From NCBI GenBank assembly GCA_013239625.1, contig MU054098.1, forward strand, positions 2,109,104 to 2,173,103: DNA of 64,000 nt, given 5' to 3'. This document shows positions 51,700-64,000 of the stretch, piece by piece (positions within the stretch are counted from its first letter, which is position 1; the number at the start of each line of letters is the position of its first letter). The stretch comes from Lama guanicoe. Lineage: Eukaryota. Under the pieces are notes generated by a model. The model ran no database searches. It saw only the letters and a program-made list of their open reading frames with translations, and was not told the origin of the DNA. The position numbers were made by a program, and so were the translations under genes.

Positions 51700-53390
51700 T
51701 TGGCTGACCAATATCAACATACACCCTTTTTCATACATAAACTTCACAACAACAAAAGCCTCCATATAATATAATGCAACTATTTCAGATATAAATGAAA
51801 ACATGGAAAAGAGTGGCATCTCAGATTGATTAGTTACTATATCCAGGTCTCAATCCAGGGTCTTTAGATGGTGTGCCTTCATCCTTTGGTGCCATCACAA
51901 TCCATCTTGATATTCCATAACCTAGCGACTATATATAAAGTCAACCACTCTACATAAAATAGTAGAATTGGAGGGGGAAATGAAGTGTGTCACAGCAAGG
52001 AAGAAATTATGGGCAGATATTACAGTCTTCTTTCTGAAACTTTTCCTATACTACTCAGTCTGTATTTCTTCTGCCTTTCCCTAATCATCATCTAAGCTGA
52101 TAAAGGTTCTTAACCTCAGACGTGACCTAAACCTTCATTCCTGCGATATCATGGACCCTGGTGGTCCTGCCTGTATATGGTTGTCCAAGTCTTCCCTGTT
52201 AACTTGACCACTGGAATGGCAGCAGAAGGAAGTACCTTGAAGGTTCCTCCGTGTCCCACACATAGTCCTCCCCACCTTCACCCTATAGTGGCAACCCTAT
52301 GTCACACCATCTAAGTCTGAAACTCCCATCTTTAGTGTTGTTCTGGTGGCATGAACAGCCTCAAATAGCCAGATAGCTGTCTCCTCTTCTGGGTAACAGA
52401 CACATCGTTGTGTGTCTGTCTGGAAGAAGCAGATCTTCCTCAAATACTGAAACCTCTAAACCAGCAGAACCATACAATTTTATGAGTAGGCTAGTAGATG
52501 TAATAGTGGAAAGAGCCACTCCAACTTTTACCCCTTGGTTCCTAGAAGACTGGCTATACCAGAAACAGCACTTTCTAGTGGCCAGTAGTTCAGAGTACAT
52601 GTCACATCCTATAGGATAGCACGTCCAGTTCTCAGATCTTGAGCCCCAGAGTTTTTAATAGATCATTGCACTGCTTTGCCAGGATAACTGCTCCTGGTTT
52701 AGGATGTCCGTGGTGAGATCAGCAAGTCTTGTATTAGTCTGTCGCCTTCATCTTTTCTCTGTAAAATGAGTATTTTGTGAGGGATACAATGGCAATGAAA
52801 AGGACATTCATTAAGTCTATGGGCGGTGGTGCTGGCAGAAGCATTACAGACTGGAAAAGCAAATCCTTGTCAGAGTTAAGCATCCAGAGAGAACAAATGG
52901 TTTTCTCTTCCACTATGGAGGGCATTCAAAGTAATTGACCTACTACCAGGTCTTTTTACAGAATGGGGCCCTATTGGGGGTGTAGCATGGGCCTCTGCTG
53001 TTGGCAGTTTGGGTAGTCAGCAGATACAGTAGCCAAACCAGCCTTACTGAGAAGTCCATGTGGTTGACGCCATGCATAACCGCTATCTCTGCCCTAATGG
53101 ATCTCACTGCTTTATTTGTGAGCTCATTAGGTAAGCACTGGGGGAACAGGGAAAAGAGGCTGCCTGACATCCATGATTGGGACATCTTGTTCACTTGATG
53201 ATTGAGAGATTTCTCCAGAGTGGTGGACTTTTGGTGAGCTGTCATATGGGACATAAATATTCTCATGAATTGGTATCAATACTGGTCCTGTAAAGTCAAG
53301 ATGATGTTGGGGGGGTGTCAGGTGATACAAAGGGAAACAGTAAAGTAGCACCCTCCAAATCAATATTAAAATATAGGTCCATTATCTATA
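51700..53390 (-). mobile_element. ERVL internal relic (RNase H end/integrase region), decayed
   Basis: Minus-strand peptides RIFMSHMTAHQKSTTLEKSLNHQVNKM, GRDSGYAWRQPHGLLSKAGLATVSADYPNCQQQRP and SRNQGVKVGVALSTIT match recalled ERVL pol motifs. Confidence 0.8.
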
Positions 53391-53519
53391 CTCAGCCACT
53401 TGAGAATGGCTAAGCTAGTAAGCATTTGAGTGATGATTAAGATCTGGCACCAGACTGATGAGGTTAGACCAGGGAGGAAAGCTCTGAGAAATTTCATTGA
53501 CAATAGAGGTAGGGAGAGC

Positions 53520-53730
53520 CTAGGACTGAGAATCTGAAAACCTGAATTTGACTTTCAGCTCTGTCCTTTAAGCTATATGACCATGGGAAACATGCTTTGC
53601 CTCTCTTGGTTTTACCTTCCTTGTCTATAAAACAGGGTTAATAATAATTTATTTGCCAACCTCATGGAATGTTAAGGTCTAAAAGTGAGATAATGCATTT
53701 GGAAGCACTTAGTAAAATATGAAGTACCAT
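53520..53730 (+). mobile_element. MIR SINE
   Basis: 'ggactgagaatctgaaaacctg...tgaccatggga...gagataatgcatttggaagcactt'. Confidence 0.7.
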
Positions 53731-55621
53731 TCAAATATAAAATGAAATTTTGCCATAAAGGAAGGGCTCCCACAAATTCTGTTTAACTTGGAGGAGAAAG
53801 AAAAAGGACCAGGACAGATGCTTGAGGGATGGGCCAGGCTGATGGACAGGTCCATTATTTCTAATCTCACCAGCCCTCTGCTTTAGACCAAGAGGCCTGT
53901 GGAGCTGACAGAAGTACCATAATCTGGAAGAGTCCATGTGAGAGATGCCTTGAAGCCTATTTTTGGCTGTGCCTTTTGAATCTGTCTCAGTTAATAGAGA
54001 AGCCAACATGTATGCACATGTTCTAGATTAATAATTCCCTTGATGGGTGGCTCTGAAAACCATGCGAGCAGATAATGAGGAAGCCACAGAGAGTTTTTAT
54101 TGGCTCAGGAGCCAGAGGAATTACTTTTTTTTTTAATGTGATGTTCTGAAACAAATCCCCTTTCTTCCCTATCTCAGATCTTGGAATGTGTCTCCTGAGT
54201 ACAGAATGAGATGGGTAAGTGATGAGTCTGCTTCCTTGGACTCATGTGGATGATCAATTTAAATAACCCACAAAAATAGTCCATTTTGGGGCTCTGTGTG
54301 TCTGTGTGCATGTGTATAAGTAATCCACACTCTGTGTGCATCCCCCAAAACCCCCACAAAAAACATACTGTTATACCCTTATAGTACAGTGTTATTTGTT
54401 AGATGAGAAAGCAGGTTTCATGGAACAGTGGAAATGAATGATCCTGGAGAAGAAGGGAGGCTTGATTAGAGATGCAGACACTTAGGATGGGGGTAAGGGA
54501 TAAAAATACCTTTGGCTAGGACGCCAGGGTTTGCTGGTAGCTATATGTAAGTTTTCTAATTATGCAATGCTGCATTCTACGTAACTACAAAATGTGAAGG
54601 GAAAATACTTGTTTGGGCACTTTACTGAGTGCCTGCGATATGCCTTTCTCAAGGTCTTGGCTCCCTAGCAGCTTACAGTGAGAGCAGCGGGTGACATGGT
54701 CATACATCTCAGATGAGGAGAGGCCAAAGCAATAGGGCTATTGAGCCAAGGCCCTCTATGTTCCTAATGTCAGCATTTGCTTTCTGACTCTCTGCTCCTT
54801 CTTTCCAAAAGAAAGGTCACATAATTATCAAGTGGCAGAGCCAGGATTCATACACAGGCTGCCTAGTTCCAGAACCTGAATTTAGATGATGACACAATTT
54901 CTGCTTGCTGGGATCTGTGACGCTGGGCAGATTGGCAACCTCCTTCATGTTGCAAACCTCCACTCTGGCTTAGGACAAAGCCTGCAGGTTGTATTCCTGA
55001 AATAGACCATCCCCTAGGACATACCGCCCACCAAACCATTCCTCTCCAGCCCCTATACCCGAATCCTGGGGTGTTTCCGTTATTTTTTTAAACTTCTCCT
55101 GAAATTACATTTCAGGGAACCAGTACCACGTACTTCCAGCTAAGGGTCATCAGAGTTCAGACCTGCAGGTTTTGTGTGCAGAAGATTGAATTCTCAATTA
55201 CATTCTTTCTGCATACTGGAGACTCATGAAGTGCAGGCCATGAAGCAAACCACAGAGCTCCTGGGGATTTGGTCATTAGTCGTCAGGTTGGAAGCTTTAA
55301 GATGGTTCTCTGTAGAGCAATAGGAGATGATGAAGGCACTAAGTTATTTTAAAATACACCAAGGATTCTTTTGACCATCCTTTGCACTGAGGCTAGTGTG
55401 CAATTTCACTCCACAAGGATTTGTTTTGCAAGTACCCAGTGTAGATGTTATGAGAGATTCAAAGCCCACGAAATGGTGCCTCTTCCTAGGAACTTTAAAT
55501 CTAGTTGAGAAGACATGATACACACCTAACAGATCAAAACGCTGCATAATTATGTTAAAAATTACATGTAATCTAGTACCAGTATGAAAGGTGTTATAGT
55601 AAGTCAGAACAAAGAGAGACA

Positions 55622-55850
55622 AATAATAATAAAACCACCTAGTATTTATTGAGCACTAAATATGTGGAAGATATTTTATAAGTACCTAAAACTATTAACA
55701 TTCTTCACCCCCCCCCCCAGTGATTGTATTGAATTTGATACGAATTTTACCCCAATTTTAAAGATGGGGAAACTGAGGTCCAGATCAGTCAGGGAACTTG
55801 CTCAAGGTCACACAGCTAGTGAGTGGCAACACTTGGATTTCAACCCAGGC
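55622..55850 (-). mobile_element. MIR SINE
   Basis: 'atttattgagcact...agatggggaaactgagg...cttgctcaaggtcacacagctagtgagtggca...ggatttcaacccagg'. Confidence 0.85.
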
Positions 55851-56809
55851 GGTGTGGAACCACTGTTTGCTAGCGCTCTATTCTGCCACCATTTCAATGA
55901 ATCTGTTGGAGTAGCCTTCATAAATGGTGTAGGACTGTCTTCTAGCCCTAAAGTCTACACTATAACAAGGCTTGAAGGATGGTGTAGGTTTGGAAGATCG
56001 TGGAATATATCATAGTTTAAAAATAATATGATCACAGTGGTTGTAACTAGCTGTCTTTTCGTTGAGCACTTATTTGAAAGTTTTCTTTTGCAGTGCAATA
56101 GATCGCATGTTCAGAATCATATGGAGATAGTATGATATAGTAAGAGGAACATGGGCTTTGAAGTCACACAAACCTGGGTTTGGTCCTGGATCTGTCTGTA
56201 CTAGCTATGGGACTGCAGCTTAGTTTCTTAAACTCTCTGAGTTAAGTACAAAATCACATTGGTTTTAACCAGCTCTCTTTTATTGTACACTTAGTAAGTG
56301 CCATGAGCTTTACCTGCATTACCTCATTTAACCCCCATGGCAACCCCATGAGCTAGGAATTACTATCCTGATTTTACAGATGTAGAAACTGTCCTAGGTC
56401 AAATTATTAGTAAGTAGTGGATTAGGGATTCCAGCCCCGGCTTGTGATTATGTTCTCTGACTGCCATCCCTACAGACTAGGCCATGATTTTAGCTGGATG
56501 GCCTAAGTTAAGACACAGTTTAAATGTGCAGAACATTGAAAATTATTCTTAGTTGGCCCCTACTAATTTGCTGTTTTATTGTAATTTCATACAAATTACA
56601 AGAGTAACATAACGTTATATTTATTAAAGGTTCTTAAGTATCTAAATATTAAACAATCTTACTAATTATTAATTTACAAGAAGAAAACAGGTGATAACAC
56701 AATAGCAGGGAGGAGAGGAGGAGTGGGAAGCAACCAGCTCAAGCAGATATTAAAACAAATATTGTAACGTGACAGGGGTTAAAAATGTTGGTAGCTAGGT
56801 TTGTTTTTT

Positions 56810-57136
56810 AAAGGAGGTACAAATGAACTTATTTACACAACAGAAACAGACTCACAGACATAGAAAACAAACTTATGGTTACCAGGGCAGAAAGTGAGTG
56901 GGGAAGGGATAAATTGGAGTTTGGGATTTGCAGATACACACTACTATATATAAAATAGATAAACAACAAGTTTCTTCTGTATAGCACAGGGAACTATATT
57001 CCATATCTTGTAGGAACCTATAATGAAAAAGAATATGAAAAGGAATATATGTATGTATATGTATGACTGAAACATTATGCTGTACACCAGAAACTGACAC
57101 ATTGTAAACTGACCAGACTTCAGTTAAAAAACAAAC
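56810..57136 (+). mobile_element. 5'-truncated L1 3' UTR, same type as the L1 at 21373-23150
   Basis: 'acaaatgaacttattta...cagaaacagactcacagacatagaaaacaaacttatggttacc...tgacacattgtaaactgac' plus an A-rich tail. Possible degraded TSD aaaaatgttggta (56781) / aaacatgatagta (57137) at a TT|AAAA site. Confidence 0.88.
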
Positions 57137-58348
57137 AAACATGATAGTATGTGAGTGAATAAGCAAATCAACAATAACAAAAGTACACAGCACTCAAACG
57201 GGTCCTTGTCCAAAACTTACTAGATAAACGAGAAAGGGTGCATACTGTAGACATTCAACAACTGGTTATTGACTGAATGAATAAATGAACAAGTCATTGC
57301 CAGTCAATCAGTGAGGAATGGAGTGCTTATGTGAAAATTTCATTTTATGTTTTGAGCATTTTCATTTTTGCACATGTTATCAGCTGTACATTTTACAACA
57401 ACCCTGTGAAGTAGGTACTATTCACTTTCATTGTGTGGATGAGGAAACAAGCTGAGAGAGATTAAGAAAGCAGGCCAAACTCACATGTCACATGCGTGAC
57501 AAAGCAGGACGTGAATCCAGGTTTATCTGACCCCCCCAGCCCATTTTCCTCCTATCACATCACACTGTTTCAAGACGATTGCAGCCACGCACACAGCCTG
57601 CTGCACGGCAGAGCAAGCTGCAGGGAGGACTGTAGCAAATAGCGGTAGTGCTTGTGTCAGGGAGGTGCCTTATGGGTTTTAATTTTTTTTGCTATTACCC
57701 ATGTGTATAATTAAAAACCCCTGTTGTATACAAAATAGTAATGAATATTAGAGAGACTAAAAGGTAAAAGGACAAAACTGAGGGGACAGAAAGAGAATGC
57801 TTTCCAGCTAGTAGGAAAGTTCTCAAGGACCAGAACCATGCCTCATGAAGCCGATGTTAAACTTGATTTTTAGAATCTCAGTCTTACGGTAACAGAGCTT
57901 GCATTATACTTAGTTTTGTTTTTGTTTTTTTTTTTGTCAGAAAGAAATCTAGTGGGTGGTTAAGGGAGCCTAACTTTACTCGCCTGGGTCAGTGTGCCCA
58001 CTACCCAGGCTAGAGTCTCAGGAGTTTACTCAGAGGCTGCAGAGATGACAGTATGTACCACAGCTAGTAGGAGGGGTATCTGGGAGTTAATGAAGCTATC
58101 TTTTTCAACTATGTCATCAGAAACAAATTTAATAATGCCCCTTGGCTGGAATCCCTCAGAAGGGGACACTGGGAGATAGTTTATCCTATACACATGCTCC
58201 AAAAAACAGTCCAAGATTCATACATGCTCATTCTGCATGGTGGAAAGTTAGCCTGGTTGAAATGATTAACTGGTTGGTAATTTTCAGTATGAAAGACTAA
58301 GACAGGCCTTCTTCAAGGAAGCCTTCTTAATATCCTCATCCTCATCCT

Positions 58349-58390
<42 letters not shown>
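58349..58390. repeat. (CAG)14 pure trinucleotide repeat
   Basis: 42 bp uninterrupted, preceded by about 3 ATCCTC units. Confidence 0.97.
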
Positions 58391-58391
<1 letters not shown>

Positions 58392-58570
58392 TTGCTGAGT
58401 AGGTAATACGTGGCAGGCCCTGTACTAATTGATTCGCATGTCATTTAAGCCTTACAACAAATCTTGTAAAGTAGGTACTATTGTTTATCATCCCCATTGT
58501 ACAGAGGAAGAAGTTGAGACTAAGGAACTTGCCAAGGGCACACAACCTCCTACTAAGTGTAGTGAAATTG
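58391..58570 (-). mobile_element. MIR SINE
   Basis: 'gtaggtactattgtttatcatccccattgtacagaggaagaagttgagact...cttgccaagggcacaca'. Confidence 0.75.
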
Positions 58571-60324
58571 CTGCTTCTACTTTGATCACTGATAGAGATT
58601 ATTCCCTAACTGGATCCGAATTAAACCTAGGAAGAGGCTTTCCCTCCTCTTCACCAGTCCAAAGCCTGTAGGATTGCATTTTTGTCTGCAAAGAAATGGT
58701 GGTGAAAAGCACAAGGATTTAAGATTTAGGCTGTTGAGTATTAGCTGGTCCTTTTTGTCTGATCCACGTCTGACTGACAATACCTGCACACTCTCTGCCT
58801 GGCTTTTGGAGATGTTTTTCCACAGATGGTTCTCTGCATACATCATGGTCTGTTTCATCTGTTGAAAAGATGAACCATCAATCATGATCGCTGCCCTTGA
58901 GACGCCTACCATCTAGACAAATGGTAATGTTGTGTGTGGATTGCGTAACTGCTTGCATGGTTAAAAAATGTGAAAGCAGCACACAGATGCAATCCTAAAT
59001 CCTTTGCAGCAAAGAAGGAACATAGTGCAGAAATTGAAAGCTTTGGGAGAGTGAGTGTGAATGAGTGTTTGGAAAGTACCCAAGAAGATTTTGCACTACC
59101 TTTGACTGCATGAAGGCCAGTTGCAGGAGCTATTTGAAAAACGGGAAAGAATGGAGTGAATATGGCATGTAAAGGTGTGAGACAAAATCATGATAATGGG
59201 AATGTTGAGAGAAGGCTTGAGGGAAGAAATGGAAAGCCTGAGTATGGGAGTATTCAGGGGAGAACACCTATAGCTCTGAATTCACTGGGTAAGCAAGAAC
59301 TTGTACTTGTGTAAGAGAGAAGGCAGATAGTGAGAAATAGTTCAGAAAGCTCTATTCAGGATGGGAGGTAAATATGGATGTTAGATGTTTTAGAGTAGAA
59401 GGAAACTAATGTGGCTCTCTGGACTGAACTGATCAGTTGTACTACTGCCTCTGAATTCTCCTTGTAGGTAAAGGCCAGCTTCTCATACTGAAAAGAACAA
59501 GCAAAATTTATTGTCTCATTTTCAGGTGCCAGAATCTGGCTAAGCCCTTTACATGTATTATCTCATGTCATCCTCAAAAGAACTTTACAAAGTACAGTCC
59601 CTAACAGATGGGAAATTTAAGGCTTGTGGAGAGTAAGTGACAAGTCCAAGTTCACGCAGATTGTAAGCTTAGGGCTTTTTGACTCCAAAGCACACATGCT
59701 TTCCCAGGCTCTTCATGTTGGGAAGTGTACCATTCTTTCTATCCTTTACAGTATGGGACAGAACTCAAGAAACTAGTATGGCTGGCAGTCAGGCTAGCAG
59801 CTCTCTGATGGGTCTTCTTGTAAAGGACATATGCACTCATTTATGATTCCACCTGCCTCTATTATTAAAATTCACACACAATCTGAAGTAATAGTGTCAC
59901 TCCCCTCTCCCCACAATTAAATTTCTTACCAAACCAGTTCATAAGGAATAATACTGATTGATTTTGCTCATCATTTGTCTTGATTAAAGAATATCTATGC
60001 AATAAATCAGTCAACACATACAAAAACAGGAAGAAGGACAGGAAGTAAAAGAGGCCTTCCAGCCATTAAGGTTATACTAGGCAATTAACAGATTAATTCA
60101 TCCATGGCTCCCAATTAGCTACAGAAAAATATAAACATAGATCTAGAAAATATGGGGTATCACTAGGTCTCAGGTAACATTAGTAAATGGGTTGAGACAA
60201 TTGACTTTTAAGACACTAGGCCACAAGGTTGTTTTCTTTTAATAAACATCTTTTTAATAAGAACCTCTAATAGAGCCAGAATCCCTAGGATTCTACCCCT
60301 CAGATCCCGTATATATGTTTTAAA

Positions 60325-60640
60325 ATCATTGTGAAAACACAGAACATAAAATTTACCATCTAAACCATTTTAAGTGTACAGTTCTGTAGTGTTAAGTATA
60401 TTCACATTGTTGTGCATCAAATCTCTAGAACTTTTCATCTTGCAAAACTGAAACTCTATATGCACTAAACAACAATTCCCTATTCCCCCTCCCCCCAGCT
60501 CCCGGTAATCACCATTCTACTTTTTGTCTCTATGTATTTGACTAGTTAAGATACTTCATATAAGTGGAATCAAACAATTTTTTTTGTCTTTTTGTGGCTG
60601 CCTTTTGTCATGTAATATAATATACTCAAGTTTTCATTCT
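60325..60640 (-). mobile_element. L1MB-like 3' end
   Basis: 'aacataaaatttaccatc..aaccattttaagtgtacagttc...cttttcatcttgcaaaactgaaactct'. Confidence 0.85.
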
Positions 60641-60693
60641 GATCCTGTTTTAAAATCTCATGAAGGCCCTCCTTGTATAGGTGAGAGTTAGGA

Positions 60694-61060
60694 CTTTTTT
60701 TCATTGTGGTGAAATAAATGTAACATGGAATTTAACCTTAGTGCCGCTTAGTATAATTTGCAATGTTGTACAGTCATCACCACTGTCTACTTCCAGAACA
60801 TTTTCACCATCCCAAAAGAAAACCCCATACCCATTAAGCAGTCAGTCTCACCCTAGCCCCTGGAAAGCACTAATCAGCTTTCTGTCTCTGTGGATTTACT
60901 TATTCAGAATATTTCATGTAAATGGAATCATATAATATATGACCTTGGGGTCTGGCTTCTTTCCCTTAGCATAACATTTTCAAGTTGCAGGCATGTTGTA
61001 GCATGTGTCAGAATTTCCTTCCTTTTTATAGCTGATTAGTATTCCATTGTATGGATTTAG
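60694..61060 (-). mobile_element. Second L1MB-like 3' end
   Basis: 'ttccagaacattttcaccatcccaaaagaaaaccccatacccattaagcagtca...aatggaatcatataatatatgacc'. Confidence 0.85.
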
Positions 61061-61344
61061 AGCAATGCTAAAACTATGATGATCAGTACCCACTACCTTC
61101 TAAATACCATGATAGTCTTACCAATTCCATGAATCCTTCTCCCATAGTATTAACATACACTCCACAGATTCTTATCCCAAAGCATAGTGTAGCATATTTT
61201 TATTTAAATATATCATATGTGGATGCCTAACATCTCAAACTACAAGCCAATCAATTCCTTCCATGGCCAGAACTAATCCTCTTATCTTTCATATGTCCCC
61301 AGATGCACATAGACTAGTATCCTCCTCAAAATACTTAGTAAGAA

Positions 61345-61572
61345 CATGAGTTTCTATCCCAACTTCATCACTCACCAGCTGTGTGACCTTGAACAAGTCT
61401 TTTTTTAATCTGTCTGATTCTTGGTTTCCTTATCCATAAACTGAGGATAATGGTAGCATCTATCTCATTGGGGTTTTGTGAAGACAAATGACTTAATGCA
61501 TATGTAAGACCTTTAGAATAATGCCTGGGACATAGTAAGTGCTCAGCAAATATTAGCTGCTATTATTAGTAG
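61345..61572 (+). mobile_element. MIR SINE
   Basis: 'cagctgtgtgaccttgaacaagt...tgcctgggacatagtaagtgctcagcaaatattagctgctattatt'. Confidence 0.88.
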
Positions 61573-61749
61573 TAGCGTTTAGGGTCAAGTGGAACTGAGG
61601 TCAAATCCTAGCTCCGTCAATGATTAACACTACCTGTGGCTCCTATTTGCATGCTGTGTCACTGCAAGCTTGTTGCTTACAGTACCTACATGCGCACACA
61701 GGTACAGGCTCCTGGGTTATAGCTCTCTGACAGAGACAGGCTAATTTTT

Positions 61750-62100
61750 TACCACTACCTCTCATCTATATTCTCTCCTTTGGTGTCCTGTAAGACTGCA
61801 TTGCAGTTAGGTGGGGCCACATAATTGCATTTTGACCGATGGAATGTGAATGGAAGGGGTGTACATGACTTCCAGGTCTGGCCCATAAAATCTCCCCCGA
61901 GGTCCTCTTCATATTCCTCTCTCTTTACCTCCTGGTTGGATGTGGAGTCTAAGCCCCTAGAAGATGATGGGAGGAGACTGGGTCTACCTGCCAAATATCT
62001 TAGGACTAAGGAGTGAGTAAGAAATAAACTTTTTACTATGTTAAGTCCCTAAGATGTTGAGGTTGTTTGTCACAGCAATTAACCTTTAAGACTAATATAA
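61750..62100 (+). mobile_element. MaLR LTR (MLT1I/J-like)
   Basis: 'ttgcagttaggtggggccac...atggaatgtga...cttccaggtctggccc...aaataaacttt...gttgtttgtcacagca..gactaata'. Confidence 0.75.
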
Positions 62101-62284
62101 TAATCCTCTAATTTACATGCTCAGTGCTCAACTAGATTAAAACTATAGCAACCTCAAAAAAATTATAGCAACCTCAACTGAAATGCACAAATTCAGGTGT
62201 AAAATTCATTTCCAACCTAGGGCCTTTCCTTTAGTTCTGTACAAACTGATCCATCCAAGTAGGGCTAGGACGGTGATGAAATAG

Positions 62285-62400
62285 TGAGGTGACCAGGGCT
62301 CACACTCTCAGCACTGTGCAAATGCAGGGCCAGCAAACTAAGAGTGATGCCTCCGTAAAGTTGGCACCCTAGGTGCCTCACTTGCCTCACCCTAATCTCT
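62285..62400. mobile_element. MER91-like fragment
   Basis: 'ggcaccctaggtgcctcacttgcctcacccta'. Confidence 0.55.
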
Positions 62401-63384
62401 ATCCTGCATCTCAGTGCCCCTAGTAGTGATGTCACCTTATACCCATATACCCTGCCCCATTTTCTAACACTCATCCTAAGCCTGGCAGCTTCCTGAAAGC
62501 TGGTTTAGTCACTAATTTGCTGTTACCCGAAGCAAGTTAATTGACTTCTCTGAGCCTCAATTTCCTCTTCTGAAAAGAACAGTACCTGTTTCATAGCACA
62601 CAGTAAGTGGTACAATTGATACTATTATTATTCTCAAAACTGCTGAGGAGAATGAGTGAATTCCTTTGCTGACATCTTCAATGATTCCCTGCTCCCACGA
62701 CTGCTTCTGCCCCAACCCCCGCACTGTTCAGGTCAACCCTTGGCATCTGTGTGTGCTAGGACACATATGCCCATGGATTCCTTAAATGGGAGAGCTATGG
62801 CTACAATTTCAAAGAACCTTCATTTGGAAACCCAAGCGATTTTCAGGACTGGCCCTTACTTGCTAAGCAGATAAAAGGAGCCTGAATGTACTCCCTCTCC
62901 ACCAGCTGCTTTTCTTTGCTGAGCTGGCTGACCTGTCCCGACCTCTCCATAAAGATGGTCTAATATGATTCCTTTGGGGAATTAACTTGCTCTTTGCTTT
63001 GGTTCACTGGCTGTCTTTATAACAAGGGCATCTGTTCAATGGCCAGATTTGGCCTTGGAATGGGCTCCAGATCCAGCATTTTGGGGCTGGTGATAACGCA
63101 GACATAGGGAGCTCTACCAGTCTAGCACCCTCCACCCACAGCATGGCCAAACACACACCCCTACATATGTGCTTCGTGTGCCTGTTGTGAAAATGTAGCC
63201 CCTTGAGGATTCCAGTAGAAGTGCTTCCTAGGGGCTGACTGTTCTAACTTTGTCACCTCATATTGGTAGAATAAGGGATTTGGCTCCCATCCATTTTAAT
63301 TTTGAATAAGAGAAACTGGGGACTAGGAAGAGGAAAGGAAATATAGAGAATGAAGATGATCTGCTGCTAAAAAATAATATCAGT

Positions 63385-63700
63385 TGTGTGTGTGAGAAAG
63401 AGAGGGGAGGAGGTGCAGAGAGAGAGAGAGAGAAGCAGACAGAGAGACAGAGTGGGAAGGGAAGGGAAGAGACAACGTGATGCCAGGGGTAGGAAACCCA
63501 AGATACAAAGGAGTAGGGGATGCTACAGTGGATGATAACAGAAATAAAAAAGAAGGAAAGAGAAAAACAGGAAAGCAAAAGTTCAGGACACAAAAAGAAG
63601 GGAAAACATAAATAGAGATGTGAGAAGGAAAAATTATTGAGAAGTAGCAAAGGGGGAATGAGAAGGTGACAAGCCAGGGGCCATTGAGAGGGGAAGGGAG
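63385..63700. repeat. Purine (GA)-rich low-complexity tract
   Basis: Strong A/G bias including (AG)n at ~63417-63432; explains the Leu/Phe/Ser-rich minus-strand ORFs. Confidence 0.85.
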
Positions 63701-64000
63701 TGGTAACAGGGCTTGTGCCTCAAAGAGCTCAGGCAAGGCCAGACAGTGCCAGAGGAGAAAGGCCAGCCCTGCTGCAGCAAGCCTTAGGGTACAGCGCACT
63801 AGACGGTGAGCCCTCTCTAAGGCTCTGCTGCCCACCTGGGACCATTTCTGGAGTGTTTGCAGGTATCATGGAGGCCCCATCACAAGCCTTGCTGCAGCTT
63901 TATCTCACTTGATATCTGTCTATGGGTGCTGGATCAAATGAGGAAATAAGAAAAATAACTGTTCCTGGCCACTTCTCCACAGTCTTTGCTTCGGGGCCCT

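Larger units (their letters stand above)
50135..51700 (-). mobile_element. Old ERVL-class LTR (3' LTR of the adjacent relic), interrupted twice
   Basis: Antisense LTR end 'tcagtcagggttcttagttgtaaagaactgaaa...ttaatttaggcagaaaa'; abuts the ERVL internal sequence. Confidence 0.5.

Noticed and set aside
63258..63835. Hydrophobic 130- and 151-aa minus-strand ORFs resembling membrane proteins
   Set aside because: They are translations of the pyrimidine-rich strand of a GA low-complexity tract.

Overview
Mammalian genomic DNA, almost certainly camelid: it carries a Vic-1-type tRNA-Ala-derived SINE and cetartiodactyl-type L1 3' ends. It looks intronic or intergenic. No host protein-coding exon or functional RNA gene could be recognised, and every ORF with recognisable homology is a decayed L1 ORF1/ORF2 or ERVL pol/integrase fragment. 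The window is dominated by transposable elements. The largest is a 12.7-kb minus-strand 'Russian doll' of three L1s inserted in an L2 (10543-23228). There are also several MaLR/ERVL/ERV1 LTRs, an ERVL internal relic, hAT MITEs, MIR/L2 remnants and microsatellites. The most unusual item is a young 155-bp polyadenylated insert (41197-41351) with perfect 17-bp TSDs at an L1 endonuclease-type site. It resembles only the R region of a retroviral LTR, making it a candidate LTR-derived, L1-mobilised SINE-like retroposon. Repeat family names are assigned from recalled consensus motifs, not from a search, and boundaries of old repeats are approximate.
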